This document shows, piece by piece, positions 41,205 through 53,785 of a stretch of DNA of 64,000 nt (its first letter is position 1; each line of letters begins with the position of its first letter). The position numbers and the translations under genes are program-made. Under the pieces are notes generated by a model. It was not told the origin of the DNA. It did not search any database and saw nothing but the letters and a program-made list of their open reading frames with translations. Origin of the DNA: Octopus vulgaris (taxonomy: Eukaryota); NCBI GenBank assembly GCA_951406725.2, contig OX597819.1, forward strand, positions 89,094,001 through 89,158,000. The letters are read 5' to 3'.

Positions 41205-41540
41205 AATCATCATCATCTCCTAACGTCCATTTTCCATGCTGGCATGAGTTGGATGGTTTGACAGAATTTGGCCAGTCTGTTTTGGCATGGTTTCTACAGC
41301 TGGACACCCTTCCTAACATCAACCATTTTACAGAGCATGCTGGGTGCTTTTCCACATGCCACTGACACAGGTGCATCCGCACAACACTGGCATAAGAGTG
41401 TTCTATGTGGCACCAGCAAGAGTGCATTTTACATGGCACAGGACATGCTTGTATGTATGGATGACTATGATTTTACAATACTTAGCTTGATGTGCCTTCT
41501 CAAGTACAGCAAATCGCCACAACTCCCAGTCCCTTATCAC
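41205..41540 (-). mobile_element. Family C (RTE-tail) element
   Basis: (CAT)n then taacgtccattttccatgctggcatg. Confidence 0.75.
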
Positions 41541-41580
41541 ACCAAACACAATTCTTGCTGATTATAAGAAAGCTTTTAAA

Positions 41581-41925
41581 ATCATCATCATTTAACGTCC
41601 GTTTTCCATGCTAGCATGGGTTTGATGGTATTGACTGAGGGCTGGCAACCAGATGGCTGCACCAGGCTCCAGTCTTGATCTGGCAGGGTTTCTACAGCAG
41701 GATGCCCTTCCTAACGCCAACCACTCCAGGAGTGTAGTGGGTGCTTTTTACGTGACCAAAGAAGGAAAAGCTACGCATAAGCAGGCTGGTTATGCTCCTG
41801 GCATAGGCCACGGGTTATGGTTTCATCTGGCTTGCCGGGTCTTCTTGAGCACAGTATATTTCCAACGGTCTCAGTCGCTAGTCATTTCCTTGGTGAGGCC
41901 TAATGCTCGATGGTCGGGCTTCGAA
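41581..41925 (-). mobile_element. Family C (RTE-tail) element
   Basis: (CAT)n then ttaacgtccgttttccatgctagcatggg. Confidence 0.8.
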
Positions 41926-42690
41926 TGAGTAGAGAAATTCAAAAGATTACTTAGGTTTAATAGTAGAACACCTGTCATGTTTACAGAAGATGTGGGTTCA
42001 AGTCTTGTGGACAGCCTTCTATCTTTTCTAACCAAAGGGGCTTTTAACCCAGTATTTAACACTATTATTTATAAGTTTACCATCTGCTTCAAGATTTACC
42101 ATTCCTAAAAAGGATTATTTCACTTTCTTGGAGTTTATAAATCCTCATCATGCCAAAAGCACACAATTCTTGTTAGTAAGGATAAAGTTTCTAAAACTGG
42201 TAGAGAAATTTAAAAGATTGCTTTGGTCTAATGGCAGAACACCTGCCATGTTTACAGTTGTGGGTTTGTCCCATGGGTAGCCTTAGAAGTTTTCTCTCCA
42301 AAAGCGTTTTACAATCCAATATTTACAAGCTATTAATTGTTAATTTATATGCTTTGAGATCTACTATTCCACCCAAAAATTATTTCACTTTCTCTCGAAA
42401 GTTTATAAATTTTCATGTTGTTGAAAATATATATTAACACATCATTCTTCTAGAATAAAAATGCCCAGTGAAATTACATACTTTACAAAGTCCTAAAAGA
42501 ATAAAAGAATATTAAAAAGAAAAATCTCACTGTGTACTGACTGAAACAAAATTGATATTTTTCTTTCAAGATTAAGAAGAAAAATTCTCATTGCTTGCTC
42601 TTAACCTTACTCTCGTTCTCTCTCTCTTTCTCTCTCCCCACTCCCTCGAGTTCATAAGGAACATTAAAAAAAGCAATACTTTCCCTTTAC

Positions 42691-42914
42691 CCCTTCTGCA
42701 TTTAAACTAGCTATAATAAAACCCAAATAAAACACCTGTTTTATGTTCAAACAGGTCATATCCAGTTTCTCACACCTACCCTACAATGTCATTCTAAAAA
42801 CAAAAACAATCACATCATTGAAATCTAAAAGCTGCAAGATAATGCATGAATAATTCATAATAATATAAATAAAAAAAGCATTACATTTGACCGATTAATC
42901 TGAATGCTAAAGGG
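42691..42914. mobile_element. piggyBac-type MITE (opposite orientation to the 25865 copy)
   Basis: cccttctgcattt ... aatgctaaaggg|TTAA. Confidence 0.8.
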
Positions 42915-43437
42915 TTAAACAAGAAAGACTAATACATAAACAGCAGATGAGACTGAACCAGAAATTGATTTCGAAATTTTGGCACAAGGCCAGCTCTGAA
43001 CTAGATATTGTGAACTAAATCGTTTGAACAGTATAACTTTTATACCATTAGTACTCAAATTGGTGTATACGTAGTCCTAGGGATATGAAAGATTTGTAAA
43101 AACATTGTAACTTTGAAGTAATGCACCCTTACATATAGTAACTAGTAAATTTGTTGTTTGGAAGTCTTGGCTTCCAAACAGTAAATTATAGATCTATTTT
43201 ATGGTATCCATAAAATGGTATATCCACTGTTGACTGATAGAACTTTTGGAAGTAGATTTTCTACAGCCAAATGCCGTTTCTGTCACCTGTTTCCAAACAA
43301 GGTAATATTTCCCCCATGGCTAAGCACATTTTACACTGAAGACTGGAAACAAACAACTCAGCTTGTATGGTGATAATGTTCACTTACAACTATCACTAGA
43401 CAAAGACACGCACACACACACACACACACATATATAT

Positions 43438-43755
43438 AAGCCCACTGAGTATTTGTGACACCAATGCCTGAATAGACACTGATATTTTATACATATTGTT
43501 TATGGAAGATTTGGTTCTTATCTTGCTGCTGGACATCTGTTACTGATGAACTCATAGCAGGGTGAAATCACATGATCTGGCGGTTATGGTCGCTGTAGTA
43601 GATGATTCTCATCTGTCAACAATATAATCATGATTGCTTTTATGCACCATGGGTCCTTATGAAAGATCCCCCTCTAGCTAAAATAATGCAATATTCTATG
43701 TTCTAACAACCTCCACATTAAGTTGGTATTTAGTATTAATACTGCATCTATTCCT
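43438..43755 (+). mobile_element. HHR-bearing ~320 bp insertion in the TA microsatellite of a SINE
   Basis: Splits a minus-strand SINE (43250-43437 and 43756-43912) at its CA/TA tract; contains the HHR at 43537-43583. Confidence 0.6.
43537..43583 (+). ncRNA. Type I hammerhead ribozyme motif
   Basis: ctgtta-CTGATGA-actc(atagca)gggt-GAA-ATC(acat)GAT-C-tggcgg. All three stems pair (with G.U); predicted cleavage after AUC at 43577. Confidence 0.8.
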
Positions 43756-44205
43756 ATATATGTATGACAGGATTCTTTAAGCTTCTGTCTAACAAAAACA
43801 CTCACAAGGCTTTGGTCAGCACAGGGCCAGTGTAGGGGACACTTTCCCAAAGTGCTGTAAAGTGGGTCCAAACCCAAAATGTATGGTTGGGAAGCAAGCT
43901 TCTCAACCATGCCTATACATGTATATATTCACAACTTAATACATAAAAAATTGTATTTTTATAGGCTAATACACACAAAAGCAACAACAAACATAACATT
44001 AAAGGCGGGGAAAAAAAAAGACACACACACAATTTTGAATACATTCAGTCACTAACAATAACTTTGAAACAAATCTAAGCAGAGAAAATATATTTATTTA
44101 GTCATTATTTTATCAATAAATATATTACTGTTTATTTTTAGCAAACAATACAACACTAAAAATAAGTCATATGAGTGTGTGTAATAAGTACACACACATA
44201 TATGT

Positions 44206-44249
<44 letters not shown>

Positions 44250-45029
44250 GTATCTTATGCACATAATCTACTCTTCATATACATACAACAATAAAAAGAT
44301 AATCAACCAAAAATAAGCAAATATTATATCAATTTTTCTTTGAAGCAGCCTCTTCCAGTGAACACCACAGTGCTCACACATTTTAGAGTCTTTGAAAATG
44401 TATTTTTGAAATAAAATCCCATAATAATTGTCTAGCTAATATTCTGTTTGTCTGTCTTTCTCAATCTATTGGTATATAATTTACTTATAGGTTTCTTTTG
44501 GTTGCAACTAACTGTATGTGTTGAAAGTGTGTTTATTTGTATGTGCATGTATGGTAGCCGAGATTATAAAGCCATACATACCTAAAGGCTTTGAACCGAG
44601 ACAGCTAGATATACATATGCATACTACTTGAAAGCTAGAAACACATATGAATGCATATGAATTATTTGTGTATGTCCCATGTACCCACACTTCCACATAC
44701 AAGCTTATATATATATGTACATATACATGCTTGCACATATATGTATGTGTGTGTGTGTGTTTAGGCTTACATGTATATGAGTGTGTGTGTACATTTATGG
44801 GGATTTAATTATACACTAAAAGTGTACTAAGAATTGTGTCAGTTTGTTTGTAATTATCAAAAGGATGACAGCTCGGTGCCTTTATAATTATAATAATAAT
44901 TACTTTGACTCCTGTACTTTATTTTATCAACCACAAAGGATGAGAGACAAAGATGACTTCAGGAGGACTTAAAGACAGGATGTGAAATCTGAAATTTGAA
45001 ATTGCATGAATTTGGAGAATGAAAACTGT

Positions 45030-45256
45030 ACGACAAATATTTGATGGAGATTAGAATAGAATGCCCTGTAGAGCTTCTACAGAAAGTTTGCCTCCTAGAG
45101 GCAGGCAATATTATCAGAAAGGTTTTAAGCACTTGAAAGACTATTGAAAGCCTGTGAATACCTTAAGTTACAGAGAGTAACTTGCCACCCATGTAATTTT
45201 CACAGGAATAAGAATGAACCAGAGTCAAATCAATAATAATAATAATTAATAATAAT
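45030..45256 (+). mobile_element. R4/Dong-like LINE 3' end with (AAT)n tail
   Basis: DKYLMEIRIECPVELLQKVCLLEAGNIIRKVLST* (45032-45136), then a short UTR, then (AAT)n. Confidence 0.75.
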
Positions 45257-47120
45257 TCAAATTTTAGCACAAGGCCAGCAGTTTTGAGGGAAGGTGGCTA
45301 GTCAATTACATCGACCCTGGTGCTCAACCAGTACCTATTTTATCAAACTCTACATCCTTTTGATGAAAGGTAAAGCCAACATCAGCAACATTTGAGCTAA
45401 AGCAATTTGTCCAGTGTCATAATAATAATAACCGGGCAGTGACTCTCATGAAAGGCAAATCAATCTTGGCAGCATTTGAACTAAGAATGTAAAGCACTTT
45501 GTCTGGCATGATAATAATTATAATAATAAAGTTTAAAAGTTTTCCCTGCCCTTCTTACATATTTTTTTTTTTAACAATAAAATTCTGTAGATGGATAATT
45601 GAAATGTTAAACAGGACTTTTGAAAGACAATTTTAGAAATTACTTCTCTATTTATAGACCACTAGCCACTCAAAATATTGCATGTGCTGTGTCTTAATTC
45701 CCAACTAGATATAGGTGAACCCAGTAATGGCCAAAACCTCAATGCCAAATATTTATCCTGGCACTGAATTTCTTCCATTATAAGACTACCTCTGTGTGAA
45801 TGCATGTGCACGTCTGTGTGTGTGTGTGTTGCTCTCCTTCACTTGTTTTATGTATGTCATGTCTACACAGATGTCTACATATTTGCTGTTATGTGCTATA
45901 AACACAAGCAATATTTGTCAAGTTGCAGGAACTAGTGTTTTTAAGAATGATAGTTCCTTCATTTGAGAAGCACTATCTGTTGTTGTTATTTTGAAAGTAG
46001 TGATGGGTGTGGTTACAAAAGGAATAAAAGGATTACCACTTGCCTCCAGGCACAGAACAATGCTAATAGCTGGGTTTGAAGCTGACTTTTGTTAGGGTTG
46101 GTGCTCAAACCTCTAAGGTCCCAAATACAAATTAATATACCAGGCTTTCATTTTATTATCCTCCTCAAATAGGTTGCTCCAAAGAAATAATTTATTCACA
46201 AACATTAACAGTACATCAACCAGTTACCATGCTTAATACAGATGAAAAAAAAATAATACAAAACTTTAAAAAAAAAAAGAGATAAACTGTAAATTTCAAA
46301 AGGTGGGAAGGGGATAAAAAAACCCAAAATGTATTCTGGGAATGTCTGCCTTCACAACAAATGTCCTCCCCTAAGAAGCCCATTTACAAAAACCATTGCT
46401 CTAATGCTTTCATTCAACTACTACAGCACCTTGGTGTTGTTCAGGCAGACTTGGCCAAGACAGCTTCATAACAGAAAAAACATTAAAAAAATATCTGTAC
46501 TTTTACTTTTAGATATATCATATAATCTCCAAAAAAAAAGTGTTTACTTCACTTATCTTAAAAACTCTTCATTCTCTAAGCTGATATTTCATATTCAACA
46601 CACTGAAATTGACTTTAGCTGGATTTTTAGATAATAAGATGTTTATTTTCGTAAGTCAGATTACGTATGTACATTAGCCTAACATTATAAGCATTACCAA
46701 CAGAAACATTGTTAATATCACTTTTGTATTTGGTTGGAAGGTAAGAGTGGTAGTAATTAGTTATACAGAGAACCATAGAATTTCAAATTGCTAACACACC
46801 TACAGAATAATCAGCTGAAAATATAATATAAAATAAAATCTTGAATTAAGACTATCAATCTCTAAACACACACAATCAACATTCGGCATCTATTTTTTCT
46901 ATTCTAGCAAGAGTTATATGAAATTTTCTCAAAGTAGATTTTCTAGGGCTGGATGCCTTTCCTGTTGCCAACCTTCACCTGTTTCTATGTAACATAATAT
47001 TTCTCACAGCCAGACGTTTATTTTACAGAAGACTAAATAAATATCACTTATTTACAACCATCTGATAATATCCAGATAAGTCCTTTACACAAACACACAC
47101 ACACACATATATATATATAC

Positions 47121-47175
<55 letters not shown>

Positions 47176-48314
47176 AAGAGAGGGAGAGAGAGAGAGGAGG
47201 GGAAGAGAGAGAGAAGGCGAGCAATGTATGGTGTGTCACTAGATGGAATGTTAAGGGTTTGCGGCTTGTTTTACTATGTCTAAAATGGTTGGCATTGGAC
47301 AAGGAAGGATAGAAGACCAAAGACCAGTGATTTGTGAACTGGAGAAAGAAGTAGAAAATGCTTTGTTATAAATATGACATACACAGAAAAAAATGAAAAC
47401 TGAGAGTAAAAGCCAACTCCTAAATGTGTAGTAGTAAAAGATGGTATTTGTAAAATGGTTTGAATGGGTACTGCTGCACCCAGTTTGATGTTGTGGCTGC
47501 ATGGATGACAAGTGGAAAGACTGTGCTAATGTAATGCCATATAGTCCCTGATAGGAACAATGCTGCTCAGCACGGCTAGAGGAATTGGTAGGACTATCAC
47601 AGCTAGGTGGTATTGTTAGAAGGTGCCAATATTATTGTGATATCTAGGTGACAGCTAATGAAGAGAATGTGCCAAGCTATATGTAAAATGATAATATGTA
47701 TCATGTATATGTTATTTTTTTAGGAAAGATTTGGTTGCTATTTCTAGCAGATTGAGTGACCACATAGTATCTCTGTGTCAGGAATGTAATGTTTATGGCA
47801 GTGAAGGAAAAACCTGTATATCTATCTCCATGATGTGATGTATGGCAGTGAAGATGCTCAGAGGATAAACAGTACGGTGTCTTCCACTACAATACATTTT
47901 TTAATTTGTGGAAAACACACATTAGCTATTTTAAAACACACAAACATTGCTTACTTAAACATTTATTATTTGGAGATAAAAATTTTGTTGCACTAATTGC
48001 AACTAGATCACTAATACAGTCCAAAATGTGATATCTTTTCTAAACCTCCTTGATATTTGGGTGGAACCTCTCATGCTCTTCACTGAAATTTCAAGAGATT
48101 TTAAAGAAAATAAATCCAATGAAAAATGAAGAAAATATATTTTCAAATTCATATTGCATCCAAATTTATGACAGGTTTCCAAATACAATTGAACAATAGA
48201 CAGAATCTTTATGCTTTCCACAGAAATTTTTATATAAAAATCAAGTATTAAATTTGCATGAAGTCAGATATTTTAACATTCTATATAATTTATCAGCTTT
48301 CTTATTTGTGGTCA

Positions 48315-48525
48315 AGCGGCGAGCTGCCAGAATCATTAGCACGCCGGGCACAATGCTTTGCATTATTTCATTTATCTTTATATTCTGGGTTCAAATTCCA
48401 CTGAGGTCGACTTTTCTTTTCATCCTTTCGGAGTCGATAAATTAAGTACCAGTTACGTACTGAGGTTGATCTAATCGACTAGCCCCCTCCCTCAAAATTC
48501 TAGGCCTTGTGCTTACAGTAGAAAA
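48315..48525 (+). mobile_element. SINE family B
   Basis: gcggcgagctgccagaatcattagcacgccggg...ggttcaaattccactgaggtcgac. Confidence 0.85.
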
Positions 48526-48637
48526 AAAATTCTTATTTGTGGTCACACTTAAACACCTATACTCATTTTCTTGGCTATGTGTTGGAAGCTTGTTGATACA
48601 ATTGTTACTTTGATATTCAAAAGTCCTGTTTGTACAT

Positions 48638-49230
48638 ATCATCATCGTCACCATTTAGCATCCGCTTCCATGCTAGCATGGGTAAGATAATGTGGTTGGG
48701 GTTGGTAAGCCAGAGAGCTGCACTGGGTTCCAGTCTGCTTTTGGTTTGATTTCTACGGCTGAATGCTCTTCCTAACGTCAACCACCCCACAGAGTGTACT
48801 GGGCGCCTTTAACGTGTCAGCAGCACGGGTACCATTTACAAATTACTAGCACAGGTGCTTTCACACATTACCAACATAAGTACCCTTCACATGTCACCAG
48901 TATGGGAGCCTTTTACGCGTCACTAGCATTGGTGTTTTTTATGTGTCACTAGCATGGGTGCCTTTAGCGTGTCACCAACATGGGAGCCTTTTGCATGTCA
49001 CTGGTACAGGTGCCTTTTATATGTCACCAGCACAGGTGCTTTTTACATGTCATTGGCGCCAGTGCATTTTTACGTGTTACCAGTACAGGTGCCTCTTATG
49101 TGTCACCGTTACAGGTGCCTTTTATGTTTAACCTGCACTGGCCATGACTATGGTTTCACTTAGCTTAACATGTCTTCTCAGGCACAGCAAATTGCCAAAG
49201 GTCTTGGTCACTTGTCATCACCTCCATAAG
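48638..49230 (-). mobile_element. Family C element with an internal 26-bp minisatellite (~13 units, 48807-49142)
   Basis: Units approximate ttttatgtgtcaccagcacaggtgcc. Confidence 0.8.
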
Positions 49231-49744
49231 TAATCACCTCCAGAAAGAGAGAGAGCAAGCAAGACAGTATTTTCTCTTGCGTACGTACATACATACATAC
49301 AAACACACATACATACATACGTGCACCAAACAGTGTATGCCTTACATAAGAAAGTCCCTCAAATATCTTTCTGTTACTTTAGACAAATGTATTTCAAATC
49401 CTTTTATCGAGATTTCACTCACAACATTTGTAGCAATGTTTTTCGTGGCTAATTAAATATAAATAAAATATAAATCAATGTATAATTGAATATTTTAAAA
49501 GTTGCATACAAAAATACAAACAATTTAAATTGTTTTAAAAGCAAGCATCTCATGAAATCAAGTTAAATCTCTTAATTGATAAAATTGCAAGTTCTAATAT
49601 TTCAAGAATATTCAGCTTTCATTAAACAATACAATCTGATTAAATTATTTTAAAATGCCATTAACAAATATTATAGCAATGGTTTTCAGTTTTTAGCTTA
49701 AATCATGCAAAAGTTGATAAAATAACCATTGTACTTATACAAGT

Positions 49745-49987
49745 GTGTGTGTGTACTTATGTGTATGTGTCTTTGTGTTAGCGTTTGTCTCCCACCAACA
49801 CTTGACATCTGACGTTGGTTTGTTTTATGTCTCCATAACATAAGAGACTCAGCAGAAGGGACTACCGATAGGATAAGTACTAAGCTTAAGAATAAATATT
49901 GGGGGTCAATTTGTTCAACTAAAATCCTTCAAGACGGTGCCCCAGCATGGCTGCAGTCCAATGACTGAAACAAATAAAAGATAAAAG
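49745..49987 (+). mobile_element. SINE family A, 3' half
   Basis: Tail cccagcatggctgcagtccaatgactgaaacaaataaaagataaaag. Confidence 0.8.
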
Positions 49988-50533
49988 AAACAAAATAAAA
50001 TGAATAAGCAAACAAACTATATCGTATGAACCTACAAAGCATGTTCATGTATTTTTGTGGCTTCTTGCCAAATATGGGTGGGATATTTCCTGTATCATAA
50101 TATGCTTTTGCTTATTAGAGCTGAAACGGAGTTCTCCAACAACATTCATTCATAACACAAACGTAAAGTGAGCCAGCCAGTGTGGAAGCTTCTAATATAG
50201 TTGGTTGAACTGCTCAATTTGGCATCAGAATTTACTTATCTCATTTAAAACGGTAACTACACATCTTTCAAGATTTTAAATCTTAACTTAGGTATAGCCT
50301 GAAAAGACTAACTAATTGAACTGTTAAGTTCACTGCAAATTGGTAGGTACTTTGGATATCTTACAAGCAAAAAATATCTGCAGTTCAAGGCTTATTGGAT
50401 TAGTTCTACTTTTTTCCAATTGGCTCATTCAGTGTTATAGTCCTGCCAAAACACTAGATGTGAGAAAAGCTTACAAAGAAGCCTCTCTGTTAGTCTATTG
50501 AACTGCTAGAAATAACAGCCAATTTTATCTTAA

Positions 50534-50705
50534 CCCTTTAGCGTTCAGATTACTCAGTCAAATGCTCATTCATTCACATTGTTTTGAATTTAATCATGCA
50601 TGATCTCAGAGCTTTGAGATTTCAATGATATGATCGCTTATTTTTAGAATGGCATGGTAGAGTAGGTATGAGATGCTAGATCTGGCTGGTTTGAAAGCTA
50701 AAGGG
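50534..50705. mobile_element. piggyBac-type MITE, internally deleted
   Basis: TTAA|ccctttagcgtt ... gctaaaggg|TTAA. Confidence 0.85.
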
Positions 50706-51320
50706 TTAAATCATACCCTATCATATTACAAATGTAGATACCTAAAACTTCATTTAGGAACAAGGCTAGTAATTTTAAAGAGAGGGTATTAGTCAATACC
50801 ATTAACCTCAGTGCATGATTGGTACTAAATTTTATTGCCCCCCTCCCCAACTCCCCAGAGGGTATGAAAAGCAAAGTTAATCTCAACAGGATTTTAAACT
50901 CAAAATGTAAAGTGCTGGAACAAATACTACAAGACACTTTTTTTGGTGCTCTAATGATTCTTTCTGCCAATCCATCATCCTCCATGATGATGATGATGGC
51001 ACCAAGTACACTACTAAAAGGACAATCTCAGTTTCTAAATTGTCACAGAAACTAAAATGCTATTGCAAAATTTGTACTGACATCTCATAAAAGATGTTTT
51101 AAAGTTAACTTGCAAAAAAATGAGAGAGAAGAGGTGTTAAATAGAGAAAAGTAAAGGAAATTTATTTATTTCAGACACATACATGTGTGTGTGTGTGTGT
51201 GTGGAATGCATGTGTCTGAAATAAATAAAATTTATATATATTTGTATTTGAAGTTGAGTAATGCAACAGTGATATTTTTTGTTTTGTAACTGAGAATCTG
51301 ATATATAACATGCATACGTG

Positions 51321-51364
<44 letters not shown>

Positions 51365-51450
51365 CACATATATGCATACATCTACATATATACATATGTG
51401 ATTGTATGCCACAGACACACATTTATACATATATATAGTTACATACATGA

Positions 51451-51491
<41 letters not shown>

Positions 51492-52564
51492 TGTATCTAC
51501 ATACACATACATATGTAAGTATACATATTTACTTACACATATATCCATACATACAGATGTATACAATGTTACTTTAACATTTTTTTAAAAATCTGAATCA
51601 AACTGAAATTGTATTAAAAAAAAAATCAAAGAAAATAAAACTAGTTTAAATTTCAAGTGCTTCCTTCAAAACAAGTAAAAAAGAAAACAAAACAAAACAA
51701 TAATTAACAACATGGAAACTAAGATTTAAGCTGTTTTAATGAGAAAAATAATAAACAACATAAATAAATAAATAGATAGATAGATAAATAAATAAATAAG
51801 CTCCAAAATTAAAAGCATTTGTGATAAAACAGATTATTTGCAGCTGAAAATCACTTAACAGTCAACTGCTTGAAATCCTCTTACCAATTTTGGCTCAGTG
51901 ACTAATTCTTTGATAAATTATATTTTGCAAGCAAATCTCATATGATAGATCACAGAACATAGCATATCTCTTCAAGAGGAATAAAATACTTCTTTCTTCT
52001 CATACAAGAAAATTCATTTTATCAGGTAGGAATAAAAAAAAAAATAAAGAAATAGATGTTAGAAAAATCAAAATCAATGGATTATTTTTTTCATTTATTT
52101 TTTTTTTAGGCTTAAAAACTTGGCCATTAACTTATGTGGTTTGGCAATGGTTTTGAACATCTCAAAATAGAGATACTAGATAAAAATGAAATTACTTTAT
52201 AAAGTATTTTGGTAGAATTTTTTTTTTTAAATGAGGTATTCTCAGTTCTTTTAAAAAAATTCTTTTTATAGTTTTACAAGTTTGGGCCAAATTTCTACTT
52301 TACTTTAATCTTTCCTCCTGCCCCGGATCTTACATCCATTTATCAATATTTATATGTAAATATTTCCTGTGAAATCCAGTAGGTTTGTGAAGAGTAGTGC
52401 TTAGCTCTAGTTTCTTGATGTGCAGCAAATGAAAGAGAGAACATCTCCTGACAAGATGTCAGAATTTCTTAGGTAATAATCATTAAGTTTATCTTTAGAT
52501 ATAAAATGTCCAAGTCACATGTAACCTTTTTTGTTTGTTGGGTTCAAACACTTTCTATCACGTT

Positions 52565-53340
52565 ATAAGAGAGTGAAATGAGAAAACAGGGCCATGATGA
52601 GAAAGGTGAAAGTGAGGCAAAGACAATAATGAAAAAAGAAGAATTAATTAGGTTACCAGACAGGTGACAGTGAGAAGGAGATTGAGAGAGAAATAATCAG
52701 TAGTCAAGAAAGCAGTCAGTGAAATATAGAAAGGGATAACAAAGTTAGAGGAAGAGATAAAGTAATACAGTAACAGAAGAGGAAGGAAGATAGAGCTTTA
52801 CAATAGAAGAGGAAATTAGAGAGGTAATGTGATGAAATAATGGAGTTATGGAGAGTGAGTGAATGATTTGAAGAATATTAGATAGAGAGTATGGGAAATT
52901 TTTGAATGCTATCAAAAGTGGAGGAAGACTTGGAGAGATGAAGATAAGAGGTGGAGATCGAATTTGGTTAACTGAGGAAAAGAGATATCTACATATATAA
53001 AGAGATAGAGGAAAATAAATAATGAAGTATGTGAGTTGCTAAGAATAATGAAGAAGGGCAAAAGAGTGAAAGTATAAGAGAAAAGAAATATGGAGCCAAA
53101 TCTTTAAATATAAAACAGAAAACGTCACATCAAACAGATGTAAAGTTTTCGATCACAATACTTGAGGTGAATTGGAGAAGAACGGCAATGCTACAAAATG
53201 ACAAAAAAGACATAAGAAACAAAAGCCAGGTTTGAAATAAAAAGTTTAAAAAAATACAAAATGAAGCATGAAGAAAACCAAGTAAAGTTTAAAGCAGAAA
53301 AATTACGAACTACTGAAAGGAGACAGAAACAAACATCATG
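52565..53340. repeat. Purine-rich low-complexity tract
   Basis: Strong A/G bias on the + strand; no ORF. Confidence 0.6.
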
Positions 53341-53412
53341 TTTGATGGATATGGTACTACAATAATACTTTTCCAGATTATCAGCCTCAATCTTTAGAGA
53401 TGAAAATACTTT

Positions 53413-53463
<51 letters not shown>

Positions 53464-53482
53464 TATTTTATTTTATAGAAGG

Positions 53483-53532
53483 AGCTTCTACAGGACTAGA
53501 ACTGTTTCATTCAAAAGAAATCATCAGGAAGC
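53483..53532 (-). ncRNA. Type I hammerhead motif (inverted copy)
   Basis: Reverse complement of 53544-53592 with one extra T in loop II. Confidence 0.65.
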
Positions 53533-53542
53533 TTCCATCATT

Positions 53543-53592
53543 GGCTTCCTGATGATTTCTTTGAATGAAACAGTTCTAGTCCTGTAGAAGCT
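53543..53592 (+). ncRNA. Type I hammerhead ribozyme motif
   Basis: ggcttc-CTGATGA-tttctttgaat-GAA-ACAG(ttctagtc)CTGT-A-gaagct. Stems I and III are good, stem II is weak; predicted cleavage after GUA at 53586. Confidence 0.7.
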
Positions 53593-53674
53593 CCTTCTAT
53601 AAAATAAATTAATTTACTCTGCTATGTATTGAGTACCTTATTTACTGTGGTTAACCCCGACTCAACCCGGGACC

Positions 53675-53731
<57 letters not shown>

Positions 53732-53785
53732 GCAGTTCTATATTCAAGAGATGAGGAATTATGTACATTATTTACACTATGCCCG

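Larger units (their letters stand above)
53461..53677 (+). mobile_element. pLTR-like element with an inverted partial copy (arms 53467-53532 and 53544-53608), flanked by (TA)n
   Basis: Near-perfect ~65-bp inverted repeat with an 11-nt spacer; each arm holds an HHR motif. Confidence 0.75.

Noticed and set aside
48807-49142. CRISPR-like array
   Set aside because: Contiguous 26-bp minisatellite with no unique spacers.
52565-53340. Coding region for a charged protein
   Set aside because: No ORF of 60 aa or more in the track; simple purine-rich drift.
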